Assembly: GCF_006345805.1 (NCBI RefSeq)
Contig: NC_043014.1
Location: 28,582,001-28,646,000, forward strand
DNA length: 64,000 nucleotides
Direction: 5' to 3'
DNA from: Octopus sinensis
Lineage: Eukaryota
Shown here piece by piece: positions 38,948-52,281 of this stretch. The notes beneath the pieces were generated by a model. The model did no database searches, was not told where the DNA came from, and saw only the letters and a program-made list of their open reading frames with translations. The position numbers and the translations under genes were made by a program. Position 1 is the stretch's first letter; every line of letters starts with the position of its first letter.

Positions 38948-39027
38948 ACAGTACCAGTCAAGCACTGGGGTTGATGTAACTGACGGCCCCTTTCCCCCAA
39001 AGTTTCAGGCCTTGTGCCTATTGTAGA
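38948..39027 (+). mobile_element. 5'-truncated Meta-like SINE with perfect 18-bp TSD
   Basis: AAAGATTATTTTGAAAAT at 38930 and 39028. Confidence 0.88.
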
Positions 39028-39412
39028 AAAGATTATTTTGAAAATTTAAGAAACATCGTTATATAAAGACAAAAAATCCTGCAAATCAGAGAAAATAAAT
39101 ATGATCAGGTGGCCATATAAAGTTTTCTTTTTCTGTTCTAAAAGCTATCATGCGGAATAGTAATGTAGGAATATAAAAGTAAACAATGCGACACGAGGAT
39201 AAAATGATAAATAAGATTCTTGGGAGAAATATAAATGAAGCTGACTTGTATCATGTTGAGTAAACAAGGTTGCAAGAAAGTGGAATTAGTGTCTGAGAAT
39301 AGATGTTGTTACTATAAGCACTGCTTTCGGCATTAGAACAAACAGCTTTAGTATGTAACCGTCAGAAATAAGTAGGTAGGTAAATAATAAAACATTTCAA
39401 CTTTACTGATTG

Positions 39413-39461
<49 letters not shown>

Positions 39462-39571
39462 AATTTTGTGTGTGTGTGTGTGTGCTTATATATATATATA
39501 CTTACATATACGTATGCATACATAGATATAAACATACGAATATAAGCATGAATATATATATATATTATATA

Positions 39572-39644
<73 letters not shown>

Positions 39645-40157
39645 GTGTGTGTGTGTGTATGTACATATATTTATATATGTATGTACATATGTATGTATGT
39701 ATATGCATATTCATATCTGCATTTCTATGACTATGATTGCGCGCGCGTGTGTGTGTGTGGGGCATTAGCAACGGAAAACTAGCCTAGTTGGTCTGATCGA
39801 AAAATTGACTATCTACACACACACACACACACACACCTGTTAGCTGGTGATTACCCAACTTTTTCTGAAACCCAGTACTGTTTTCCTTACTAGTGACTGA
39901 ACATACATGCACTCGTGAAATATACATCTTATCCGCTCCTCAGCATCTTGCATTTACGACGCCATTAGAAATTAATATTTGTATATCTTATTCACATTAC
40001 AGTTCGATCTAAATAACTGAATTATTTCTGTTACTGGAATCGATTATACTGCAGAGCCTTCGAAAGCATATTTTAAACCAACACTACCACGCTGTATTTG
40101 TATGTTTGTGTATGCGTGTATCTATACACACACATTCGTAAACAATATATATGTACA

Positions 40158-40511
40158 TCTCGACTCCATCGGTCATGAATGACCATAGGTGCACCTAAGA
40201 GGTTCCCCTCCGGGGTACAAGTATGGGCGGAAAGTCGCCTCACTGGCGAACACACAACCTAAGGTTGTGTTTATGGAAGACCAACAGTCGCCCATGTTCT
40301 CCACACCACTGTTATTATCAAAGAAAAAGGCAAAGGCTGATAAAACTTGGAACTAGTGACGTCGTAACTCATTTCTACAGCTGAGCGAACTGGAGCAACG
40401 TGAAATAAAGTGTCTTGCTCAAGAACACAACACGCAGCTCGGTCCGGGAGTCGAACTCACAACCTCACGATCGTAAGGCCGACGCTCTATCCACTGAGCC
40501 ATGCACCTTCA
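40158..40511 (-). mobile_element. tRNA-derived SINE with CORE-like centre and distinct tail
   Basis: GTGAAGGTGCATGGCTCAGTGG..GAGTTCGACTCCCGG..TTGTGTTCTTGAGCAAGACACTTTATTTCACGTTGCTCCAG; tail GGTCATTCATGACCGATGGAGTCG. Confidence 0.8.
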
Positions 40512-40624
40512 CATATATATATGTGTGTGCATATATAATTGTATATGTGTATGTTATTATATATATGTATATACATCTGTTGTTTACACACGGTCTTCGT
40601 CTTTTGTTTTTCGTAAATTCTCAC

Positions 40625-40676
<52 letters not shown>

Positions 40677-40696
40677 ATATATACATATATATATGC

Positions 40697-40728
<32 letters not shown>

Positions 40729-40838
40729 AATCCAAACGGGAAACAAAAAAACAACAACAATGGAACAATTACAGTATTATTATTAATAGGCGCTCAGGAA
40801 AATATATATACATATATATATGCATATATATATATATA

Positions 40839-40932
<94 letters not shown>

Positions 40933-40936
40933 CATA

Positions 40937-40981
<45 letters not shown>

Positions 40982-40984
40982 GGT

Positions 40985-41170
40985 AATTCAAAAAAGAAAA
41001 GAAAAATAGACAAAACAACAGAAGTCAAAAGGGAGTACAGATTGACTGTATTAGTATGACGCTCAGTTTAAGATGAAAAATAAAAGGCCGGAGTGTGTGA
41101 CGTTTCGAGAATGGTTCTTCATCAGAAAGATTCAGAGAGAAGGAAAAGAAGAGACTAAGAAAAGCACGTG
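40985..41170 (-). mobile_element. Penelope-like terminal fragment with hammerhead core
   Basis: Minus strand CUUU-CUGAUGA-A-GAAC-CAU-UCUC-GAAA-CGUC at 41095-41129; shares GTATT..ACGCTCAG with 10335-10510. Confidence 0.55.
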
Positions 41171-41303
41171 TGTGGTTACATAGCTGAAACGTATATACAT
41201 TTATGTATACATACATACATACATACACATATATATATATATACATACATATATATATATATACATACATATATATATATATACATACATATATATATAA
41301 TAT

Positions 41304-41335
<32 letters not shown>

Positions 41336-41592
41336 ATATATATATACACACATATGTATGTATGTGTGTATATATGTATATACTCGTGTATATATATATA
41401 TGCATATATGCATTAACATATATGTACATATACGTGTTTATGTTTGGTGTTATTACTGGTGGCAATTAATCTCAAGATTAAACCTAAGAAACAGAGCAGT
41501 GGGAAATGAAAACGATGGGTCCCAATTTCATGATTGCCATTGAGTATTTCCTCAATCAATTGATTGACATTCATTGTAATATTTACTGAGGT

Positions 41593-41810
41593 GAAGGCGG
41601 TGCGCCGGCAGAATTCTTTGCATGCCGGGCGAAAATGCTTAGCAGTATATCGTTTGTCTTTTACGCTCTGAGGTCAAATTCCGCTGCGATTCAATTTGCT
41701 TTTCATCATTTCGGGGTCGATTAAATAAGTACCAGTTGAACACCAGCATCTATGTAAACGACTTATCCCACCCTCGAATTGCTGGCCTTATGCCAAAATT
41801 TGAAATCAAT
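41593..41810 (+). mobile_element. Meta-like SINE, diverged
   Basis: GAAGGCGG head through GCCAAAATTTGAAATCAATAT tail. Confidence 0.8.
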
Positions 41811-42477
41811 ATAGCGAGAGTCATTACTGGGAAAAGGAAAAAAAAATCAAAGAGAATAAAAAAGAGAAATGCATTTAATTTATAATTATAAATATGCACT
41901 TAATTAATCATAAATTGCGAGTGACTGTGAAAGCAAGTAAATCGATTAAACTATTTAATCTAGGAATGATATACTAAAAATTGTTATTTAAAATGTGTCA
42001 TATCGTAGCTCTAGAATAGTATAACAAGGGCGTAGAAGTTTTTAAAATAATATACTTCCTTATATATTTTTGTAAAGGATAAATTTTCAATATCTCTAAA
42101 TACTTATTCATAAAAATAAATTGAATGAATCTTAAACAGACATATACACAAACATTACAATGTACTCATCTTTGATAAGGTCATTATTGCTCTGTATAAC
42201 TAGATATAATACGCTCGATAAGATAATGAAACGTACTTTCCTCAGTTTGGGATAAGAAATGCGTGCCCTTAATGCTCTACCAGCAACGATATGTTCAACC
42301 GTTCTTTACAATATGTTCAATTTTTCTTTATGAAGATTGAGATCGGAAGATACATTGATTTTTGAGATCCAAGTGATAGTAATACCAGTGTATTTGAATG
42401 GATTCCTGTTTCATCTGCGCAGCATGACCACGGACGCATGGCTGAAACGAGTAAAAGAGTATAAAACTTATACATAC

Positions 42478-42805
42478 GTGCAGGCGTGGCTATGTGGTAA
42501 GAAGCTGGCTTCACAACTACACTGTTTGGGGTTCAGTACTACTGCGTGGCATCTTGAGCTAGTGTTTTCTATTAGCGTGTGTGTGTGTGTGTGTGTATGT
42601 AAGCATGTGTGTGCGTGCGTTTTTGTGTTTGTCTCCCCCAACGACTGCAGGTAAACCAGTGCTGATGTGTATACATCCCCGTAACTTAGCGGATCAGCAA
42701 GAGACACCAACAGAATAAGCAGCAGGCTTTAAAAATACTAGGGTCAATACATTCGACTAAAAATCCTTCGAAGTCGTCCCCCAGCGTGCCAGACTGAAAG
42801 AATAA
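42478..42805 (+). mobile_element. diverged CORE-type (OR2-like) SINE, preceded by a tail remnant of the same family
   Basis: GCAGGCGTGGCTATGTGGTAAG..(TG)n..CCCCGTAACTTAGCGG; upstream AGCATGACCAC..TGAAACGAGTAAAAGAG. Confidence 0.7.
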
Positions 42806-43377
42806 ACAATAAATATTGAAAATACATATCAATAATGTGTTAGAAAAAGAGAGAGGAAAATTATATAACAAGAAAATTACATAACGTGGAAGACTTGAAA
42901 TACTTTGCTTTCTTTTATATGTCTGTTTGTAAAGAATAAATTTTCAATATCTCTAAATACTAATTCATAAAAATTAATTAAATGAATATCTACCAGACAT
43001 ATACACATATACTACAATCTATTCAACGTTGATAAGCTCATTATTGCTTTGTATAACTAAACATTATGTGCTCGATGAGATAATCAAATGTACTTTCTTC
43101 AGTTTTGGATAAGAAATACGTGCTCTTAATAAAGCGATTGCTAACAAACCTGAGTAAACTTCTCTTCACAGTGAACCGAACTATGTAACTAAATAAATGC
43201 ATGCACATGCTTCTAGTCAACGATGCATAGTTTGTCTAACGAATTGTAAGCGTACGTTTATAGAAGTACTTTCTTGGCCAAGTAGTTTAGCAGTTTCCAT
43301 CTACTTACCAGTTCTACAAGATAATGAATGAAAACTTGTCATAATTGGTTTTTTTGCCTGAAGTTCCATCGCTGTAA

Positions 43378-43429
<52 letters not shown>

Positions 43430-43589
43430 TTATATATATTCCATCTTATACTTGTGTATGTGTAAGAAAGTATATATAATTCTATCTCTATTATCCGGTA
43501 TGTATTGATATATATGTGTTAATAGCATTTAAATTGCGATTCTAAGTATTTAAGATGGTGGGATGACCACTCAACTTTTTATGAATATA

Positions 43590-43956
43590 CAAGCAAAACT
43601 CCCCCCGTCCAATGGACGTTGCTGAGTTGTCAAACATTTAAACCAAATTTTCTCAAAACAACTTGTCCGACCGTCCCATAGGCCTCCCTTTGAGAAACAC
43701 TGATTTAACCTAGATTTGAGACACCAGCAAAAGAAGAAATAAAGATAGACTTTTTTTTCTATTCCAAAGAAAAACGATTTTATTAACTTTATCGATCGCA
43801 TTCTCACTTGGAATCGATTTTTGTAATTTTTTCAAGACTTATACACGCTCTGATACCGTCAGAATCTACATATCAAATTTGGGCGCCATCGGATGGAGGA
43901 TGCCCGAGATCCTAGAAGACACACACACACACACAGAATGGATTTTATATAATAGA
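43590..43956 (-). mobile_element. non-autonomous Helitron-like element, apparently complete (367 bp)
   Basis: Minus strand starts A|TCTATTATATAAAA and ends with hairpin CGTCCATTGGACG, 12 nt, CTTG|T (CTAG-like). No TSD; A|T target. Confidence 0.65.
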
Positions 43957-46688
43957 TACTTCTTAAGAACAGAAAAAACCACTACAATATAATTTCCTTT
44001 GTTTTATTCTCCACTTGTCGTGTATTTAAAACCACTCCAATCTGGGTTAGACATTTTGGAATTTTTATTTTATATATGGGAGAAATGGGCCAGAGAATTA
44101 TTTTATTACAAAGACCGATTTTCTTCAATACAGGTTGGGTAATATTGGGTGGTCTAATTTAAGTCCAATTATTTACTATGATTTATACCCGATACATTTT
44201 TGTTGTTGTATAATTCTAGGTTAGCACTGACCAAACAGGCTTATGACATGCAAGTTGTTGGCCGAAATGGACGATGTGTATACCACGTAGGCCACATGAA
44301 TGTCTGCCTTCAAACAGCAGTTTATCAGAACTGCAAACCTGAAGTATAATAACCACAGATAAGTGTCTGATATGGGTATTAGACTCCTTCGGTTGCTCAA
44401 TGAAATCTTTGGAGTAGAAAACATAGTTCTTGGGGAGAGGGGAAGAAATCTTGAAGTTGACAAAAATGTGTCATGCAACCTTTTCAGGAGAGCCATGAGA
44501 GATTTATAAAAATCTTGTTTGTCACAAATGATTCAGGCATTGAAATAATGCTAGTCAGTGACACCCAGCATTTAATAAAGGATGCAAGTGTACCTAAAGG
44601 CATTCGCCCACTCAAGAATAAAGTGAAAATTTTCTCGTCATTTCCTTTTCTCAAGAATGTCTAGTCAGTGTTACATCTGTAATAGAATTCGCATCAGATT
44701 ATAAATTTCACTTAAAAACGCTTTTGCAGAAGAGAAATTTAAAGAAATAATTACATTCAAGAAAAACTACCGCTAACAAGTAAATCATATCATCGTTAAG
44801 AGAGAGTTGCAGTTACGCCGTAAGTGAATCGTGTCACTCTCTGTTCATTGGTTTTTTCCGGAGTTCTCTACTATTGCTGTTTTATAATGCCTTCAACAGT
44901 CTGATGGCTACATTCCATTTCATTCCTTTAACGGATTTTCCCATGTACTATACACAATACATTTAATATTTTTTCTCGTGTGCATATATATCATAGTCAC
45001 TGGTTTACACTGCACGTTAGTTTTCCTTATAGTTTCTCTCGTTGTGTTTTAATGCTTTAATTCAGAATTCGATATAGTAAACAAATACGCTACTGTTGTT
45101 ACTAATACTATCATTATTGATTTTATTCATAGATCCGCCCATTTCCACTTACAAGGGAAGCTCTAAAGCTGTGAATCTCTAATCAATTTCAATCGATGAG
45201 CGAAACTAAATTACGTAAGTACCAGAATCTGTTCGTATCTTTTGTGAGTCTAAGCTCTTCCACATTCTTCTACTCTATCTCCATTTACGTCTCTCTCTCT
45301 CTGTCTGTCTCTGTCTGTCTGTCTCTCTCTCTGTCTCTGTCTCTCTCTTTCTCTCTCCCTCCCCCTTCCTTCCTTACTCTCTCTTCAGCACCTTCTCTCA
45401 TATACATATATGTGTATGAGAGAAGAGTGCCGAGTATATATATATATATATAATATATGTACACACACACACACACACACACACACCACACACACACACA
45501 CGTGTGCATGCACATATCGTTAGTGGTAAAATCTGATGCAGTGTAAGGTTAACAGTAGGAATATACACATTGAAAGAAGGCGGAGTTATGAGGTCTATGG
45601 TTGTAATAAAAGCCGTTGATTTAGCGTAGTAATACAAGTCCTGGTGATGATCCTATCAAAAATCGAACGGAGGAATTAAAAACATTTGTTCTCAGGAAAT
45701 GTCCATATTCAAGAATTGAGTAAGAGAAATAACTCATTAATATCAAAGTGAAGGAGGGTTTTTTAATTCAGGATTTCTCAATAACAATCGTATAAAAACT
45801 GTTTCAAGTTGTGTGAAGGTAAAAACATGAGCGGTTTGTAATGAATATTAAAGAAAACTAGTGTACTTTTGTTAAAGTAGAAATAGGTAACGAGTAATTT
45901 TACCGTTGTTTGTGATGTAGGTGCAGCACAAGTAATTTTGAGTAAAAATGGAGTAGTTGTCACCACAATGCTTGTGTGATTCTTCAATTTACCGATCATC
46001 GAAGAATAGAAAATAAAGTTGATCTCGGCAGGATTTGAACTCCGAGGTAAACAGTCGGAACGAAGATTGCGAAAAACTTTTTCTGACACCCTAATGATTC
46101 AACCAATAGACAGCCCCAATGAAAAAATTAAATAATGGCATAAAATTTTGGAAGAATTGTCAAACTTCTGAAAAGCAGGACAAAGGTTGATTCTACTAAA
46201 ATTTCGGTGAGCTAAATCATAAAGAAATTAGCGTTTGTTTTGTGAGATGTAAGCACTGAACATTAACAATACTTTTAATTTAACAATTAAACGTACATAA
46301 CATTTTTCACCTTGCAATTCCTCGCAGAGAAGGCTTCTCACTTCAGCGTGAGCGATTACTGAATCAGCACGCTATACAGGATCGTTTTTTTCTTGCACTT
46401 ATCCAAGCATGAAAGTGGAAGTAGCTCACGAATAATTTTTATATCATTCCATAAATTTTATTTATATATATATATATATATACACACATGCATATATAGG
46501 TACAGGACATCACCAACAGTGCAAATAACATGAAATACGTAAACAAATGTGTTAAATACGTAAGCAACGAGAAAAAAATAAATGGAAAACAGGACAAATA
46601 AACACAGATAAAGGACCTTTCATCAGTTGTCGGCTGTCTATCTACTCCCCATTTCGAGCATGTGTATCTGTGATCATACTCAAAAACA

Positions 46689-46739
<51 letters not shown>

Positions 46740-46771
46740 TATTTCTATATGTGCATATATGTATATGTATG

Positions 46772-46804
<33 letters not shown>

Positions 46805-47404
46805 GTGTATGTATGTGCAATATGCGTATTCACACGCACACAGTCTACGTAATAAATTTTCTCTTTGCAGTTGTTACTCATAAACACTTCTTGTTGCAGC
46901 TTTCAACGTGTAATTTCTATAAACTGATAAGATATGAGTGAATGAGAAATCACATACGCACACATCAATCACACATCAATTTTATGTAGCAGCACAGAAA
47001 TACATTGTCGAGTTGCTTGTAAGAGAGTGAAATATTTGTCATAGAACATGGTTTGGGAGTGGGGTCTTTAACTGATACGTTGCCTGTAAGTTGAATTATT
47101 TTCGTTTGATTAGAATGGCGACTGGAAATTTTGTGTTTAATGAAGGAAGTATTGTTGAATATGATGTTTTATGGCCGTCTAATTGAATAAGCACACGTGT
47201 TTGGTCAGTGACTAGGAAAAACGACAGGGACTGATGCCAAGTGTAGGTTTCTATAGAAGAGTGAACAGGCTTTAAAGAACAAAGTGCAATTTCGTAAAAG
47301 GGAAGAAACAGGGAAATGGTAAAACGATGGGTCCCAATTTCATGATTGCCATTGAATATTTCCTCAATCAAGCGAATGACATTCATTGTAATATTTACTG
47401 AGGT

Positions 47405-47795
47405 GAAGGCGGTGAGCTGGTGGAATCGTTAGCACGCCGGGCAAAATGTTTAGTAGCTTAAAATCCGACTTTACGCTGTGAGTTCAAATTCCGCTTTGGT
47501 TGATTTTGTCTTTCGGAGTTAATAAAATAAGTACCCGTTGTGTGCTGGGGTCGATGTAATCGACTTATCTCTTCCTTGAACTTGCTGACCTTATGCCAAA
47601 ATTTGAAACCAATATTTACTGAGACAAAGGCGGTGTGCTGGCGGAATCGTTTAAGCGCCGAGAAAATTGCTTAGCGATATTTTGTCCGTTATTACGATCT
47701 TAGTTCAAATTCCGCCGAGGCTGACTTTGCCTTTTATCCTTTTCGTGTCGATAAAATAAGAATCAGTTGCTGACTTTGTACCAAAATTTGAAATC
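47405..47795 (+). mobile_element. tandem dimer of Meta-like SINEs separated and flanked by the same 13-mer
   Basis: AATATTTACTGAG at 47390 and 47611; AATACTTACTGAG at 47796. Confidence 0.85.
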
Positions 47796-48240
47796 AATAC
47801 TTACTGAGATGAGAGAGATCAAGAACTGTGGCCACTTGAGTAAGATACAGCAAGCAGCAGAAACTACTTCCTCAACAGTTATTGTAAGGCTGAAAAATTT
47901 CTAGTATCTGAGAAAAATATGTATATAAATTTGAAAACTCAGGTATTCGTATATCTGTTATCGTTGGTTTACAATATGATAGTTTAGTCTTTTAAATTTC
48001 AGAAGACTCTTGGCATAATTAACTATTTAGATAACCTTTTAAAATACCTAACAGCGAGAGTATCAGAGTCTTGGCATAAATAATTATTTAGATAACCTTT
48101 TAACGTATCTAACAGCGAAAATAGAAACAGTCGTAGTTGCAATATTCTATATTTTAGAGAAGGTGAAGTGGATGTTTATAACATCAGCCTTTCAGAAAAG
48201 CATTATCGGCGTAACTGAGAAGTTTACACACACACACACA

Positions 48241-48324
<84 letters not shown>

Positions 48325-48559
48325 GTATGTATGTATGTATGTATGTATGCATTATGTATGTGTGTATGTAATTTATTTATTTCTCTGGGCCATACTCACT
48401 CGTCATTGAAGATCACGTAACTCTACACACAGCGACAAGCGGTTGGTCCGACTCGTTTGGTTAAACTTTTGCAGGAAGCACCTTACCTCAACTGACCAAC
48501 CATTTTGGGGTGCTACAGATCGTGGTGTATAACACAAAAGAAATAATGAAGATGAAGTG

Positions 48560-49700
48560 AATTCTCAAACATGCTAAAGCCACCGTTGTTGTCAGTCTGA
48601 CATGTTCCACATGTGTTTGACCTGGATTTTCACACCTGTGGAAGGTCGCCTCTTTGCTTCCTATACTTTTGATAAACGACAGATTTGATCCATCAAAATA
48701 CCGACCTATTTAATTACTCAGCTTTATCATTAAAGTAATGGAATCAGTAGTTCACTAAATATTGTAAGGGCATCTAAATAATCAGTAAATGGATTTCTCC
48801 AATTCAATGATGATTTCGTTGTTCAATCAATTCAATGAGCAACAGAGTAGCCAACCATCTTACTAGTGTAGTGTACTATTTACGTAACCTTATGGTAAAA
48901 TTGCTATGACACAGCGTTTGACTAGCCCTCTACTTTTGAATTACAGCTACAATATGTCCGATGCGCTTCTGCACCGTTTTCGTCTTCCCAATTTTACTCA
49001 CTTGTTTCGAGTAGAGGAACGTTAACTAGTACTTAACTAAAATACCAAGCAGTGAGATCGAATGCGCAAACCTCGCAGTGGCTAAGTAAACTTTCGGCCA
49101 TGCTGTAACTACGACTAAATCACCTGAACCAAACATAGCGGTGGATCTTACGACTGTTCTTTCCGAGACATGGAACAAGAGGACTCGGGTTGAGATGCAA
49201 CGAAAACTTACAAGTAAACTGGACAAAGAAAGACAGCCAACCATTTAAAAATTTTAAATCCGAAACATGCTGGATTGGGCACATATATACTGAACAAATG
49301 TTTCACAAAGCGTACTTGATCAACTCAATCTAGTTTAAAGAGGAATGCGCTGAGGAAATTTGCAGAAAAACTCAGAATCAGCAGCTTAGAACACGGGAGA
49401 CAGGGTACTAAAACAACAATTCTCTACAAAATTCACATAAACCACATTCTGTCCAAACGCAGAGCATTGCTACCGAGGCAATATGAAGGACGTCTTTTAA
49501 CAAATAAGAAAGACTAATACAGTCATGCACGCTTCCGGAGTCCTTTTCGTCAATCAGAATTTAGAGCAAACTTTCAAAACTGAAGGACGAATTTTTTAAA
49601 GGACGAATGCACAAACACATGTTGTCACTTTTGCTATCGAAAGTGTGGTGAATCAATTACTGGTCCATTGGGAACTTGTAACGAGGGACGTTATTATTCA
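48560..49700 (+). mobile_element. CR1/L2-group LINE RT relic
   Basis: FSHLWKVASLLPI, PSKYRPI*LLSFIIKVMES (NYRPISLL motif), later LRISSLE..ILYKI. Confidence 0.65.
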
Positions 49701-52281
49701 TAGATGCTTGAAGGACGCTATTATTCATAAATGCATAAGTGCTAAGTTTATATTACAGACATACTTTTGCAGCAGTAATAACCGTAGTGCTACAATTATT
49801 GATTTGTAGAATTTTGTGACACAGTGATTGATAAAGATGCGACGCAGACATAGGTGGAAGATATTGGTGGATGAAACATGAAATTTTGATTTTCGATACT
49901 TGGTATACAACATCAGTACACCTAAATAAGGTACGATTATCAAAGTGCCTTATTCCGAATCCATTCCAAATTCTTAGCTTTGTAACTAGAAGCAAAAATT
50001 CTAAATAGTTCGTAGATTGGCCTAACTGTAGGTGATTGTGAGATGAAGTAGAACATTTTCGTATACGTAAACACTGTAATAGTAGCAGTAATGTAATGAT
50101 ATGTTGGATAATTATATTTTAATTTACAAGAAATAATGTAGAGTTTAGTTGGTTAAGGATGAGTCTTTGGACTTGACCAACAATGTTTATTATCGTTGTG
50201 ATTTTCCTTGTTTCAAAGTGACGAAGATAATTCTAAGAATATGTGAACAAATTCCAAGACGGAATCCAAATTTGAATTTTTAAAAATATCTACGTAACAG
50301 TAATCCAGTTCCTAGATAAAAAGAAAGAACAAAATTATATCATCTTGAATATAATTTCAAGTCAAAGAAATGAATGAAAATGCTTTACAGTACTTTGAAA
50401 AATATCTTGGCATGATAACCGATCTCAAATTGACGGGACAATCGTGTTCAGTTATTCACTGATTCACCGAACATCGTTGTTTATTTCATTCTAGCATTCT
50501 ATAAGATTTTGGTGTAGATACACCCATTACATTTTATTGGACATTAATAGAGCCCATTGCTGGGAAGATGTAGCTTTCTTTATAACAGCAGTATAACAAT
50601 CAGCCTATATATTTTAATGGTGATACAAACTCCTTTTTGATATTGCAACCTCTCGTTTAATAAAAATGTAAGCTCTTAACATTATTCTGATTAAAAGCAC
50701 CAGTATTCACAGTTTTCTATTACCTTTCCTGGAACCACATATTTTTATATAGACAGACTCTTGGCAAAAGGTGCGATGCATTTCTGAGTCACAGTATAGC
50801 TGAAAATTCATTTCGCTTTCTTCACAGGTGTACCTACCAGACATTTAGAACTGTGTATCAACTATGTATACACATATTCAAGGTAGCATCCATTATAGGC
50901 AGTTTTCATCATAAACAAAGCTTCATTTCTAGATACAATAGGAAAAAGACTGCTCTACCGCTTATAAAACACACAGTATAGTCTTCGCTGACATAGTAAT
51001 TCTCTATTTACTGGAATGAAACTGTTCGTTCCACACGATTAGTCACTCCAATTTAGTATCAACAGCAGGCAACACCAGGTTGAATACGTCGTTGAGTAAT
51101 CATCCTCCTCTGAATTGCCCTCTATCGGATTTATTTCTTGCTCTTATTTCCTCGATAACTAGTTGTAGAAGTCATCGAAATTAGCATTAGCTTCATATAT
51201 CTCATCTTGTTGTTTCTACAGCCCAAACTATAGACACTACTCACCTTCGGGATAATAAAACAATTCATTACAAAGTTATTTGAAAAAGCTAGACACAGTA
51301 ATAGCAAATAATTGTAAGGTGCAGAAATGAGGATTTATACTTAGCGATAGCATTGAAATGTATAGTTGTGTGAGAAACGCGTACAATATGCAATTTTAAA
51401 TTAGAAGAAATGTAATTCAATACCATTACTTATGTAAGAATCAGTTATAAATGGCCATTAAGATTAAATATTGTAAAGAATATATACGAAGGTCTATAAA
51501 TGAGGCAAAGAAATTCTTGAGAACAATCAGCTTTCACATGAAAACCATTGCGGCATGAATTCTTTTTTATTACATATCTTCTGTTTTATATCGATAGCAA
51601 TTTTGAATTAGACTTGCAGAGTTGCCTACTAAGGATTGAAATGATTCTAATAGGGTATAAATTCATTATTATTAAGTCATATATTGGACAATAACACTTT
51701 GCCCAAAAATACAAATAAATAAATGACTCCCATGAATAAACACATGATCCTTGCAGTTACAAAGGGTGCATACAAAAATAATATCTCTATGTAGTGATCA
51801 CAAGAGAAAATATAACTCCTTCATTATCTCTATCCCTTTCTTTCATTCTCTCTTTCATCCCCTCTCTCTCTCTCTCTCAAACACACACGCAAGCACGCGC
51901 GCGTGCGCAAACACAAACGTACAAACACAAACATCAGACATCACGGCGACATACAGAACTGTAGTCAGTTATGCAATAAAGGCACTCAATACAATAATAG
52001 GATTCTTGGAATTAGGTTAATGATGTTCATAATTAATCAAATATCACTGAGTTTATCTAATAATAACTTGGTAATATAGTTTTGTTTATTAGAAATTAAA
52101 CTGAAACACGGTTTAAAATAAAAAGCCGGCAAAGTTTATTCGGTTTAAGTCGGTGATATGATGAATTGTAACCAAGTTCCAGCCAAGAAAACACACACGA
52201 GGAAGTTTAACATGAGAAAGCAGTTGTGTATAATTGGAATATTACTTCTCGAAACTTGAAAGAGTCGGACCCATAAATATT

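Noticed and set aside
46500-46660. CTGATGA on the minus strand of a repeat-like fragment
   Set aside because: No properly placed GAAA or stem II, so not called a hammerhead.
48008-48119. 61-bp tandem duplication (also 24-bp at about 57190 and about 30-bp at about 13860)
   Set aside because: Ordinary local slippage duplications with no further structure.
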